Of a stretch of DNA of 53,830 bases, positions 10,645 to 20,194 are shown piece by piece (the first letter of the stretch is position 1; every line of letters starts with the position of its first letter). Under the pieces are notes generated by a model, which was given only the letters and a program-made list of their open reading frames with translations, made no database searches and was not told the DNA's origin. The position numbers and the translations under genes were made by a program. Source of the DNA: a virus (lineage: Duplodnaviria; Caudoviricetes); IMG/VR virus record IMGVR_UViG_3300029265_000685, positions 1 through 53,830 of that record; one strand, given 5' to 3'.

Positions 10645-10673
10645 TTGGCTATCCAAACAATCGTTCGTATATT
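10645..10673 (+). promoter_or_regulatory. Promoter TTGG-N15-TTCGTATATT
   Basis: Repeated motif upstream of SSB; GTTTGG-CTAT-CCAAAC inverted repeat over the upstream box. Confidence 0.8.
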
Positions 10674-10704
10674 ATCGTTATAAATAAAAATAAATAGTTA
10701 TATT

Positions 10705-11544
10705 ATGGATTTAAACGTCATCAAGAAAAGACTGGAGTCATTGAACAAACAGTCAACAAACAGTGGAGGTGGAAATAAAAACCTCTTTTGGAAACCCTCA
10801 GTTGGAAAACAGCTTATTAGAGTAGTTCCTTCAAAATACAATAAATCAAATCCCTTTACGGAGATGATGTTTTATTATGGTATTGGTAGTAAAAGAGTAA
10901 TGGCTTCACCAGCAAATTGGGGTGAAAAAGACCCAATTGTAGAATTTGCCAAACAACTTCGTAATTCAAACGATAAAGAAAATTGGCGTTTAGCTAAGAA
11001 GTTAGATGCTAAAGTTCGTACATTTTTACCTATCATCGTTCGTGGTGAAGAAAGTGAAGGTGTTAAATTGTGGCAATTCGGTAAAGAAGTTTATCAAGAG
11101 TTTTTAAATATGGCTGCTGATGAAGAAATCGGTGATTTTACTGATATTGCTCAAGGTAGAGATATTAAATTAACTACTGTAGGACCTGAAGTAACAGGAA
11201 CACCTTACAACAAAACATCAATAGGACCATCATTAAAAACTACAGCATTATCTGAAGAGGAAGATATGATTAACACCTTGTTAGAAAACCAAGCAGATCC
11301 CATGAAAGTATTCAAACCACTTACATATGAGGAAATGAAAGGAGCACTTCAAGAATGGTTATCGCCCGAAGGAGAAGAAGAGGATTCTATTTCATCAGAA
11401 CCCTCAGTCGCTTTTGATAGTGATAAAAAATCATCTAATTACTCAGTAGATACTAAACCATCAGTAGTTAAACAATCTAAATCAGCACAATTCGATGATT
11501 TATTTAAGGATGATAGTGACAAGAACGATGATTTACCCTTTTAA
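10705..11544 (+). CDS. Single-stranded DNA-binding protein (gp32-like)
   Basis: FWKP...IRVVP...VKLWQFGK...DFTD...GRDIKL pattern; acidic tail ending DDLPF. Confidence 0.8.
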   Translation: MDLNVIKKRLESLNKQSTNSGGGNKNLFWKPSVGKQLIRVVPSKYNKSNPFTEMMFYYGIGSKRVMASPANWGEKDPIVEFAKQLRNSNDKENWRLAKKLDAKVRTFLPIIVRGEESEGVKLWQFGKEVYQEFLNMAADEEIGDFTDIAQGRDIKLTTVGPEVTGTPYNKTSIGPSLKTTALSEEEDMINTLLENQADPMKVFKPLTYEEMKGALQEWLSPEGEEEDSISSEPSVAFDSDKKSSNYSVDTKPSVVKQSKSAQFDDLFKDDSDKNDDLPF

Positions 11545-11554
11545 CACATAACTT

Positions 11555-12631
11555 ATGGCAAAAAAGAAAAAAACACTACAGGAGGCGGTCTCCTCAGAAA
11601 TTCAATCAAGTTTCAATTTAGATGGTTTTAAATCTAAAAAGGGTTTAACCTCTAAAGCGAAATTTAAAGAACAGGAGTGGATACCACTCTCACCCGCATA
11701 TCAAGAGATAACATCAGTTCCTGGTATTCCTATGGGACATATTTGTTTACTTAGAGGCCATTCAGATACAGGAAAAACAACAGCATTGTTGGAAGCAGCC
11801 GTAGAAGCTCAAAAGCGTAAAATACTACCTGTTTTTATTATTACTGAAATGAAGTGGTCATGGGAACATGCCCAAATGATGGGTTTAAATATTAATGAAG
11901 TTATAGATGAAGAAACAGGTGAAGTTGTAGATTATAATGGTAATTTTATCTATGTAGATAGAGAAACTATTAACTCAATTGAGGATGTTGCAGGATTTAT
12001 TTTGGATTTAATTGATGAACAGAAAAACGGAAACTTACCTTACGATTTATTATTCTTATGGGATAGTATTGGTTCAGTTCCTTGTGAAATGTCTATCAAA
12101 TCTAACAAAAATAACAATGAGTGGAATGCCGGTGCTATGTCAACCCAATTTGGGAATAGCGTAAACCAACGTATTACATTATCAAGAAAAGAATCATCAC
12201 CATATACAAATACATTAGTTTGTATTAATAAAGTTTGGACGTTAAAAGCGGAATCTCCGATGGGGCAACCAAAACTAATGAATAAAGGTGGATATGCTAT
12301 GTGGTTCGATTCTACATTTGTAGTTACATTTGGCAATGTTATGTCAGCTGGTACTTCTAAAATTAAAGCTATCAAAGATGGTAAACAGGTTGAATTTGCT
12401 AAAAGAGTAAATATCCAAGTTGATAAAAATCACATCAATGGTGTTACTACTAGAGGAAAAATAGTTGTTACACCTCATGGTTTTATTTTAGATGACGATA
12501 AATCTTTAAAGAAGTATAAAGATGAACAATCAACTGCCTGGAAGAAGATTTTAGGTGGTGGTGATTTTATAATTGCTGAAGAAGACCAAGCTTATACTGA
12601 TATAACATCTCACATAGACGAGCCACAATAA
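11555..12631 (+). CDS. RecA/UvsX-like recombinase
   Basis: GIPMG then Walker A GHSDTGKT, Walker B LFLWDSIG, KGG motif, VDKNH. Confidence 0.85.
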   Translation: MAKKKKTLQEAVSSEIQSSFNLDGFKSKKGLTSKAKFKEQEWIPLSPAYQEITSVPGIPMGHICLLRGHSDTGKTTALLEAAVEAQKRKILPVFIITEMKWSWEHAQMMGLNINEVIDEETGEVVDYNGNFIYVDRETINSIEDVAGFILDLIDEQKNGNLPYDLLFLWDSIGSVPCEMSIKSNKNNNEWNAGAMSTQFGNSVNQRITLSRKESSPYTNTLVCINKVWTLKAESPMGQPKLMNKGGYAMWFDSTFVVTFGNVMSAGTSKIKAIKDGKQVEFAKRVNIQVDKNHINGVTTRGKIVVTPHGFILDDDKSLKKYKDEQSTAWKKILGGGDFIIAEEDQAYTDITSHIDEPQ

Positions 12632-12633
12632 AT

Positions 12634-12662
12634 TTTGCTACCCGGAGTATCGTTCGTATATT
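12634..12662 (+). promoter_or_regulatory. Promoter TTTG-N15-TTCGTATATT inside an 8-bp inverted repeat
   Basis: Repeated motif; TACCCGGA (12639-46) pairs with TCCGGGTA (12662-69). Confidence 0.75.
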
Positions 12663-12684
12663 CCGGGTATAAAATAGATAACAT

Positions 12685-13749
12685 ATGGAACAAAAAGATT
12701 TACTTAAACTCATAGATAATCTCGATGAGGATAGAAAAGAAACTGTAGATAGTAAAAGAGTACTAATGATAGATGGTTTAAATCTATTTTTTAGGAACTT
12801 CGCAATGATGAATATGGTTAATCCCGAAGGTGTTCATATTGGAGGATTAGGTGGATTTTTTAGATCACTGGGTGCATTAATTCGTAAAATTGAACCAACC
12901 CATGTTTATGTAATATTTGATGGTGCTGGTTCGGCTAATGCTAGAAAGAATTTACTCCCTGAATATAAATCCGGTAGAGATTTACAACGTATTACAAATT
13001 GGGATGCGTTTGATGATTTAGAGGATGAACATGATGCTAAGGTAGATCAAATGGTTAGAATAATCCAATATCTAAAAACACTCCCAGTCAAAACAATTAC
13101 TTTACCAAAAGTAGAAGCGGATGATGTTATAGCTTATTTAGCAGATATTATACCCGAAAAACCTGAGGATAAAGTATTTATAGTATCTTCTGATAAAGAT
13201 TTCTTACAATTAATAAATAAAAATGTTATTGTTTATCGCCCTATGGAGAAAAATTTCTATACTGAAGAAACAGTAGTAGAAAAATTTAAAATGAATCCTG
13301 AGAATTTAATTATATACAAGACACTCCTAGGTGACAACTCTGATAAAGTTAAGGGTGTTAAGGGATTAGGTGAAAAAGGATTATACAAAAGATTTCCGGA
13401 ATTAATGGAACGTAAAGTTACATTAGATGATATCTATGATATTTGTGAGGATAGATTTAATGAACATCAAGAACTTAAGGAGAAGGGTTCAAAGGAAAAA
13501 TTTCCAATAGTATATGCTAGAGTAATCCAACATATAGAGGAATTAAGAACAAATTACAAAATAATGGATCTTTCAAATCCTATGTTGGATGGTAGGGATA
13601 AAAAACATTTAGACACCGTTGTAGCAACTAACGACTACAAATACTTACCAGATGAATTCGTAGCATATTACAATGAAGATAAATTAGGGGGCATGATTCG
13701 AAATGTAGATTTTTGGGTTAAAGATGTCTTCGAAAAAATAAAGTTATAA
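12685..13749 (+). CDS. 5'-3' exonuclease / flap endonuclease (T4 RNase H-like)
   Basis: IDGLN, VIFDG, YKSGR, EADD, SSDKD, GDNSD and GVKGLGEK motifs. Confidence 0.92.
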   Translation: MEQKDLLKLIDNLDEDRKETVDSKRVLMIDGLNLFFRNFAMMNMVNPEGVHIGGLGGFFRSLGALIRKIEPTHVYVIFDGAGSANARKNLLPEYKSGRDLQRITNWDAFDDLEDEHDAKVDQMVRIIQYLKTLPVKTITLPKVEADDVIAYLADIIPEKPEDKVFIVSSDKDFLQLINKNVIVYRPMEKNFYTEETVVEKFKMNPENLIIYKTLLGDNSDKVKGVKGLGEKGLYKRFPELMERKVTLDDIYDICEDRFNEHQELKEKGSKEKFPIVYARVIQHIEELRTNYKIMDLSNPMLDGRDKKHLDTVVATNDYKYLPDEFVAYYNEDKLGGMIRNVDFWVKDVFEKIKL

Positions 13750-13798
13750 AAAATAAACCAGTTTTAACAAGTAGAGCTAAAACGAGTGGTAGGTATAT

Positions 13799-13827
13799 TT
13801 GGATATACGAATAATTGTTCGTATATT
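13799..13827 (+). promoter_or_regulatory. Promoter TTGG-N15-TTCGTATATT with palindrome
   Basis: Repeated motif; ATATACGAA-N6-TTCGTATAT inverted repeat at 13803-13826. Confidence 0.8.
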
Positions 13828-13880
13828 ATACCATAAATAAGTTATAAATAAAATTAGTTATAAACCAAAAATAAGAAAAT

Positions 13881-15248
13881 TTGACACTATTAAACCTTCA
13901 GCAATACGGACCCCAATTCCAAATTAAGGTAATATCAGCCTTACTTACTCATAAAGAGTATTTAACTAATATCCATGATATTATTAGTGAGGAATATTGG
14001 GATAACCAAGCACACAAGTGGATTATTGTAGAAATAATCAAATATTATGATAAATATCACACTACACCTTCAATGGATGTTCTAAAAGTAGAACTACAAA
14101 GATTGACAAATGATGTACTTAAAATATCAATAAAGGAACAATTAAAAGCTGCATATGAAACATCCGATGAGGATTTAAAATATGTTCAAGAAGAATTTTC
14201 AACCTTTTGTAAAAACCAACAACTAAAAAAAGCATTACTAGGTAGTGTAGATTTACTTAATGCAGGTGATTTTGATGGGATTAAATTCTTAGTTGAATCA
14301 GCACTAAAAGCAGGTAATGATAAAAATGTAGGACATGAATATAATAAAGATATCGAATCACGTTTTAGGGAAGATGCAAGAAAAACTATCCCAACTCCAT
14401 GGGAACCCATTAATGATATACTTCAAGGTGGACTCGGAAATGGAGATTTTGGTCTTATATTTGGTAATCCTGGAGGTGGTAAATCTTGGAGTTTAGTAGC
14501 CCTAGGTGGTTATGCTGTAAGAGCTGGGTACAATGTATTACATTATACTTTAGAATTAGGTGAAGATTATGTAGGACGTCGTTATGATGCCTTTTTCACA
14601 AAAACACCAGTTGATGAAATTTTAAAAAATAGGGAGAAAGTTGAAGATATGCTTTCTGAACTACCTGGAGAATTAATTATTAAAGAATTCCCAACAGGTC
14701 GTGCTACAATATCCACTGTAGAATCCCATATTAGAAAAGTAACAGATTTAGGTATGAAACCAGATCTAGTTATAATTGATTATGTTGATTTACTTTCAAC
14801 AAAAAAACGAACAGCCGATCGTAAGGGAGAGATTGATGATATTTATACAAGCACGAAAGGACTTGCTCGAGAATTAAACATACCAATTTGGTCAGTATCT
14901 CAAGTAAATAGAGCTGGAGCAAAAGATGATGTTATAGAAGGGGACAAAGCAGCTGGATCATATGATAAAATTATGATTACAGATTTTTGTCTATCACTTT
15001 CTAGAAAAGCTAAAGACAAAGTAAACGGAACAGGTAGATTCCACATTATGAAAAACAGATACGGGATGGATGGATTAACATATGGTGTAAAAGCCGATAC
15101 TTCAACAGGTCATTTTGAAGTACATGATTATGATCCTGATGCCGAATTTGAAAATGATACTTTAACTCCAAATAAACCAAATAGTGGTAATTTCGACCAG
15201 TTTGATAAACAAACATTAAAAAATAAGTTCTTCGAATTAAATTCTTAA
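13881..15248 (+). CDS. Replicative DnaB/gp41-like helicase (TTG start)
   Basis: Walker A GNPGGGKS, YTLE, Walker B VIIDYVD, SQVNR, MKNRYG. Confidence 0.92.
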   Translation: MTLLNLQQYGPQFQIKVISALLTHKEYLTNIHDIISEEYWDNQAHKWIIVEIIKYYDKYHTTPSMDVLKVELQRLTNDVLKISIKEQLKAAYETSDEDLKYVQEEFSTFCKNQQLKKALLGSVDLLNAGDFDGIKFLVESALKAGNDKNVGHEYNKDIESRFREDARKTIPTPWEPINDILQGGLGNGDFGLIFGNPGGGKSWSLVALGGYAVRAGYNVLHYTLELGEDYVGRRYDAFFTKTPVDEILKNREKVEDMLSELPGELIIKEFPTGRATISTVESHIRKVTDLGMKPDLVIIDYVDLLSTKKRTADRKGEIDDIYTSTKGLARELNIPIWSVSQVNRAGAKDDVIEGDKAAGSYDKIMITDFCLSLSRKAKDKVNGTGRFHIMKNRYGMDGLTYGVKADTSTGHFEVHDYDPDAEFENDTLTPNKPNSGNFDQFDKQTLKNKFFELNS

Positions 15249-15284
15249 ACTTTTAAAACAACTAAAAACTATTTAAATAAAATT

Positions 15285-16271
15285 ATGGCACAAAAAAATG
15301 ACCTCATGCGAGAACGAATTGTTTATAAACCATTCGAATATCAACAAGCTGCGGATTACTGGTTACAACAACATCAAGCACATTGGCTACACACAGAAGT
15401 GCCAATGATGTCTGATTTAGCAGATTGGAATTCAAATTTAAATGAGACTGAAAAAAATATTATTGGTTCTATTTTAAAGGGTTTTGCCCAAACAGAAACA
15501 GTTGTTAATGACTACTGGTCAGGATTAGTAACAAAATGGTTTAGGAAACCCGAAATTATTATGATGGCCACAACATTTGGGGCATTTGAAACAATACACG
15601 CAGAAGCATATTCACTATTAAATGAAACACTTGGACTTGAAAATTTTGATGAATTTATGGAAGATGAGGCTACTATGGCTAAGATTGAAAATCTTACTTC
15701 TATTAGGGATAGTTTTGATGGCAAAAAAGATCTCCACGAAATCGCTAAATCACTCGCTATATTCTCGGCATTTACCGAAGGAGTTAATTTATTCTCTTCC
15801 TTTGCCATCCTCTTATCTTTCAAAATGCGAAATAAGCTTAAAGGAGTGGGTCAAATTGTTGAATGGTCTATTAGAGACGAATCCCTCCACTCAGAAGCCG
15901 GTTGCTGGTTATTCAGAACACTTATCGAGGAAAATCCTGAAATCAAAACTCCAGAACTTGAAGCAGCTATAAACGAAGCAGCATTATTATCATTAAAATT
16001 AGAAACTGATTTTATTAGAAAATGTTATGAGTTAGGTGATTTAGAGGGATGCTCACAATATGATTTAGAAAATTTTATTAAAAATAGAATTAATGCTAAA
16101 TTGGGTGATCTTGGGTATAAAGGAATTATTACAGGTATAGATATGACATCTATTGAAAGGATGAAATGGTTTGATCACTTATCAGCAGGTAAACAACACA
16201 CAGATTTCTTTGCCAACAGGGTAACTAATTACTCTAAGGGTAATATGAGTTGGGATGAGTCAATTTTTTAA
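15285..16271 (+). CDS. nrdB: Ribonucleotide reductase class I beta subunit
   Basis: YKPFEY, HWLHTE, FAQTE, ETIHAEAY, TEG, DESLH and C-terminal DFF..RVTNY. Confidence 0.95.
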   Translation: MAQKNDLMRERIVYKPFEYQQAADYWLQQHQAHWLHTEVPMMSDLADWNSNLNETEKNIIGSILKGFAQTETVVNDYWSGLVTKWFRKPEIIMMATTFGAFETIHAEAYSLLNETLGLENFDEFMEDEATMAKIENLTSIRDSFDGKKDLHEIAKSLAIFSAFTEGVNLFSSFAILLSFKMRNKLKGVGQIVEWSIRDESLHSEAGCWLFRTLIEENPEIKTPELEAAINEAALLSLKLETDFIRKCYELGDLEGCSQYDLENFIKNRINAKLGDLGYKGIITGIDMTSIERMKWFDHLSAGKQHTDFFANRVTNYSKGNMSWDESIF

Positions 16272-16280
16272 ATAAATAAA

Positions 16281-18005
16281 ATGAATAAAATGGATAATAA
16301 TAGTTTAGTAGCAGATTATACTAACTGGAAACGTGGGACTGATTACCCTGAATTTTTTGATAATGTAGCGCTATCAACAATTTCTAAAGGTTATTTATTA
16401 CCTGGAGAAACACCCCGTAAAGCATATAGAAGAGTAGCAAATTCAGTAGCCGACAGATTAAATCGTCCGGATCTTGCATCTAAATTCTTCAAATATATCT
16501 GGAATGGTTGGATTGGTTTAGCTTCCCCAGTACTTAGTAATACTGGTACTGATAGAGGTTTACCAATCAGTTGCTTTGGGATAGATACACCAGACTCCGT
16601 AAGGGGTATTGGTCTTACTAATGCTGAATTAATGCGCCTTACATCTTATGGTGGAGGTGTTGGAATTTCACTTAGTAGAATTAGAGGTAGAGGAGAAGAA
16701 ATTACTGGGAATGGTCAAAGTGAAGGGATTGTCCCTTGGGCTAAGATATATGATTCAACAATTATTGCAACTAACCAAGGTTCAGTACGTAGAGGAGCAG
16801 CATCCGTAAATTTAGATATCAACCATACAGACATTAAAGAATTTTTACAAATCCGTAGACCTAAGGGTGATGCTAACAGGCAATGTTTAAATCTACACCA
16901 GTGTGTTGTTGTAGATGATGCGTTTATGAAGCGATTAAATGATAGGGACAGCGAAGCCATGTCATTATGGTTAGAAATACTTAAATCACGGGTAGAAACG
17001 GGAGAACCATACATAATGTTTAAGGATAACGTTAACAAAGATAACCCATTAGCATATAGGATGAACAATTTAGATGTTAGTATGACTAATATTTGTTCTG
17101 AGATTACCTTACATACAGATGAAGAACATTCATTTATATGTTGTTTAAGTTCTTTAAATTTAGCTAAATATGACGAATGGAAAAATACAGATGTAGTTGA
17201 AGTAGCAACTTATTTCTTAGATGGTGTTATGGAGGAATTCATATCAAAAACAAACGGGAAAGATTCAATGGTACGTTCTTATAGATCAGCTAAAAAAGGT
17301 AGAGCATTAGGTTTAGGTGTGATGGGATGGCATACGTTTCTACAACAAAAGGGTTTACCATTTAACTCATTAGCATCGACAGCTTGGACACATACAATTT
17401 TTAGTGATATAAGACAGAAAGCAGAAGCAGCTTCACGTCAACTAGCAGTAGAATATGGTGAACCTCTTTGGTGTAAGGGTACAGGGATGAGAAATACCCA
17501 CGTAATGGCAGTTGCACCAACAGTTTCAAACTCACGCATTAATAATTGTTCTGCTGGGATAGAACCACAACCTGCAAATGTGTATGTATTTAATGGAGCT
17601 AAAGGAACATTCATAGTTAAAAATCCAGAATTAGAGAAATTATTGGAGCAAAAAGGAAAAAATGAGGCAAAATATTGGGATCAAATTTTAATAGATAATG
17701 GCTCAGTAGCAAACCTCCCAACTAATATCCTAACTGAAGAGGAGAAGGAAATATTTTTAACATTTCCCGAAATAAATCAATTAGGTTTAGTCCAACAAGC
17801 CGCAATTAGACAAAAATATATAGATCAAACCCAATCTTTAAATGTTGCTTTTGATCCAACAGATTCACCAAAATGGATAAATCAAGTACACATGGAGGCT
17901 CATAAATTAGGAATTAAAACCCTATACTATCTAAGAACCGATAGTGTAATTAAAGGTGATTTAGGAACTAGAACAGATGAAAGCTGTTTAAGTTGTGATG
18001 GATAG
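16281..18005 (+). CDS. nrdA: Ribonucleotide reductase class I alpha subunit (no ATP cone)
   Basis: ISCF, GGGVG, TNICSEI, APT, TLYY and C-terminal CLSCDG. Confidence 0.95.
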   Translation: MNKMDNNSLVADYTNWKRGTDYPEFFDNVALSTISKGYLLPGETPRKAYRRVANSVADRLNRPDLASKFFKYIWNGWIGLASPVLSNTGTDRGLPISCFGIDTPDSVRGIGLTNAELMRLTSYGGGVGISLSRIRGRGEEITGNGQSEGIVPWAKIYDSTIIATNQGSVRRGAASVNLDINHTDIKEFLQIRRPKGDANRQCLNLHQCVVVDDAFMKRLNDRDSEAMSLWLEILKSRVETGEPYIMFKDNVNKDNPLAYRMNNLDVSMTNICSEITLHTDEEHSFICCLSSLNLAKYDEWKNTDVVEVATYFLDGVMEEFISKTNGKDSMVRSYRSAKKGRALGLGVMGWHTFLQQKGLPFNSLASTAWTHTIFSDIRQKAEAASRQLAVEYGEPLWCKGTGMRNTHVMAVAPTVSNSRINNCSAGIEPQPANVYVFNGAKGTFIVKNPELEKLLEQKGKNEAKYWDQILIDNGSVANLPTNILTEEEKEIFLTFPEINQLGLVQQAAIRQKYIDQTQSLNVAFDPTDSPKWINQVHMEAHKLGIKTLYYLRTDSVIKGDLGTRTDESCLSCDG

Positions 18006-18056
18006 TGTGTCTTGAATTATTTTTCATATATGTAGACTCAACATTAAATACTAACT

Positions 18057-18170
18057 ATGAAAAAAATTGATAAGTCTAACTGGAGTATATGTACTAACTG
18101 TAATAAACAAATTCCTATAGGATTACAACTTACAAGAATATGCATTAGTTGTTTGGTTAGAAAAAAATAA
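18057..18170 (+). CDS. 37-aa CxxC...CxxC zinc-finger peptide (not in ORF track)
   Basis: Hand translation MKKIDKSNWSICTNCNKQIPIGLQLTRICISCLVRKK. Confidence 0.5.
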   Translation: MKKIDKSNWSICTNCNKQIPIGLQLTRICISCLVRKK

Positions 18171-18171
18171 T

Positions 18172-18201
18172 AAAGGGGGGTGCGATAGCACTCCCCTCTT
18201 T
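18172..18201 (+). terminator. Intrinsic terminator closing the replication/RNR block
   Basis: GGGGGGTGC-GATA-GCACTCCCC stem followed by TCTTT; unusually GC-rich for this sequence. Confidence 0.75.
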
Positions 18202-18244
18202 AGTATGTATAACTAAATCAATAGTTCCATTAAATAGTTACATT

Positions 18245-18493
18245 ATGAAAAAATATTTAAAACAAAAAATAATGGACTTCACAAACATATTTAAAGATGA
18301 CAACACAATTAACGAGAAAAACCTTGTAGGTTTTGCATCTTTTGCAATAATGGTTATATTTGCTATTGCTGATATAGTAACTGGGATTTTAGGAAAACCC
18401 TTAATAATTAGTGATACAATCTTTAACTCTTTCGTTATAACCACTTTAGGCTCATTCGGGATAGACGGAATTACAAAAATATTTAAAAAATAA
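18245..18493 (+). CDS. Putative holin (two TM segments)
   Basis: Two hydrophobic segments, basic C-terminus, TAATG-coupled to the amidase. Confidence 0.6.
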   Translation: MKKYLKQKIMDFTNIFKDDNTINEKNLVGFASFAIMVIFAIADIVTGILGKPLIISDTIFNSFVITTLGSFGIDGITKIFKK

Positions 18494-19191
18494 TGGAAGA
18501 TAGATTAACTAAATGTCCAAATTGTCATCAAGAATTTAATACACTAACAGATATGCAATCATTACCAAAAACAGACTCTAACTATTTATGGATATTTGAT
18601 AATGGTCATGGGGGTGTTATTGATGATGTTTATCAGACAGCAGGTAAACGTTCTCCACTATGGCCTGATGGTGAAATCTTATATGAGGGAGAATTTAATA
18701 GAAGTATTGTAGATAGGTTAATGAATCTATGTATTAATGCTGGAATTGAATGTGTTAATATAGTTGATACTCAAGAAGATACTCCCTTAAGAGAAAGAGT
18801 ACAGAAAGCAAATGATATCTATCGTAAACAGAAAGACAAAAATGGCAAAAATTGTATATATGTTTCAGTTCATGCCGATGCTTTTAGTTCCGAATCAGCT
18901 AATGGTTGGTCAGTTTACACATCTGTTGGAGAAACAAAATCAGATATAGTTGCTAGAGTATTAGAACAAAAAGCATCTACTGAATTTCCAAATGAAAAGA
19001 TGAGAGGAAAGAAAGAATCAGATTTTTATGTATTAAGAAATACAGTTATGCCTGCTATACTATCAGAAAATTTCTTTATGACAAATTACGATAATTGTCA
19101 TGATTACCTTTTAAGTGAAGGTGGGAGAGATAGAATCGCCAAAATACACTTTGAAATGATTCAAGAGATAGAATTGTCTAAGTCTGTATAA
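18493..19191 (+). CDS. N-acetylmuramoyl-L-alanine amidase (Amidase_3) endolysin
   Basis: DNGHGG, E..FN, YVSVHAD, FYVLRNT.MPAILSE zinc-amidase motifs. Confidence 0.92.
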   Translation: MEDRLTKCPNCHQEFNTLTDMQSLPKTDSNYLWIFDNGHGGVIDDVYQTAGKRSPLWPDGEILYEGEFNRSIVDRLMNLCINAGIECVNIVDTQEDTPLRERVQKANDIYRKQKDKNGKNCIYVSVHADAFSSESANGWSVYTSVGETKSDIVARVLEQKASTEFPNEKMRGKKESDFYVLRNTVMPAILSENFFMTNYDNCHDYLLSEGGRDRIAKIHFEMIQEIELSKSV

Positions 19192-19221
19192 AGCTTAAAA
19201 ATGTAATTAAATTAGAGGTAA

Positions 19222-19503
19222 ATGGAAAACGAAGATATTCTTTTTATTATATCAGGCCTAGCAGGTATTTTAGGTATAAAAGAAATTTGGGTTATCATTA
19301 AAAAGAAAATGGATATTTCCCATTCAATAATTTCAGAAAAAACAAATTACAAAAGAAATAGAATTAGTGAATTAGAAGATGAATTAAAGGCTTCTAATGA
19401 AACAATCCTACAATTAACTATAAGAGTAGCAAAACTAGAGGAAAGAATAATACATACTGCTAAGAATAGAACTAAAAGTAGAATTGAGAAAAGTAAAGAT
19501 TAA
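19222..19503 (+). CDS. N-terminal TM + coiled-coil protein (lysis accessory)
   Basis: Hydrophobic residues ~7-26 followed by a heptad-like segment; next to the endolysin. Confidence 0.5.
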   Translation: MENEDILFIISGLAGILGIKEIWVIIKKKMDISHSIISEKTNYKRNRISELEDELKASNETILQLTIRVAKLEERIIHTAKNRTKSRIEKSKD

Positions 19504-19512
19504 AAAAGATAT

Positions 19513-20124
19513 ATGGAATCATTAATAATGTTAACAACAATAATAGTCGCTTTAATCACAGCAGTTTTGGGTCCAATAGCAGTAGAATGGGCTAAGAATA
19601 AATTTATACCTAAGAAAAAATCCTCGATGATAGTTGACTCTATACAAGCTAGTAACTTAGTAGACAACCAATTAGATTCAATAATGAAAGAAACAAATGC
19701 CGATAGGGTGTTTGTATTACAATTCCACAATGGAGGTCATTTCTACCCAACTAATAAATCAATTGCTAAATTTTCGATATTTTATGAACATTTAACACCT
19801 GGTACAATACCAAGTCAACAAACATTCCAAAATATCCCATGTTCACTATTTACAAAATCAATATCTGAATTAAATAATTCAGGTGAAATCAGTTGTCCTA
19901 CTTTAAAACATGAAACTTTTGGACTTCTACCAGTTTGCGAACAACATGGTTCCAAATCCTTCTACATGGTAGCATTAGAAGATTTAAATGGTAATTTTAT
20001 AGGCGTAGTATCAGTCTCATTTAAAGAAGAACATAAATTTACAAAAGATGAATGGATTTACTTAAGACAGAAAACAGGTGTTATAGGAACATTATTAGGT
20101 GGGTATCTAGATTCTTCAAAATAA
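19513..20124 (+). CDS. Membrane-anchored GAF-like domain protein
   Basis: N-terminal TM, then ADRVFVLQFHNG...GSKSFYMVALEDLNGNFIGVVSV GAF-like pattern. Confidence 0.6.
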   Translation: MESLIMLTTIIVALITAVLGPIAVEWAKNKFIPKKKSSMIVDSIQASNLVDNQLDSIMKETNADRVFVLQFHNGGHFYPTNKSIAKFSIFYEHLTPGTIPSQQTFQNIPCSLFTKSISELNNSGEISCPTLKHETFGLLPVCEQHGSKSFYMVALEDLNGNFIGVVSVSFKEEHKFTKDEWIYLRQKTGVIGTLLGGYLDSSK

Positions 20125-20125
20125 C

Positions 20126-20155
20126 TTGGAATATCACCATCTCGTTCGTATTATT
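20126..20155 (+). promoter_or_regulatory. Promoter TTGG-N15-TTCGTATTATT
   Basis: Repeated motif, variant downstream box. Confidence 0.7.
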
Positions 20156-20194
20156 ACCATCAACATAAAAAAATAATACATTAAATTCTTTACA

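Noticed and set aside
13761-13783. GTTTTA...TAGAGCTAAAAC resembles a type II CRISPR repeat
   Set aside because: Single 23-nt copy, too short, with no array or spacers.
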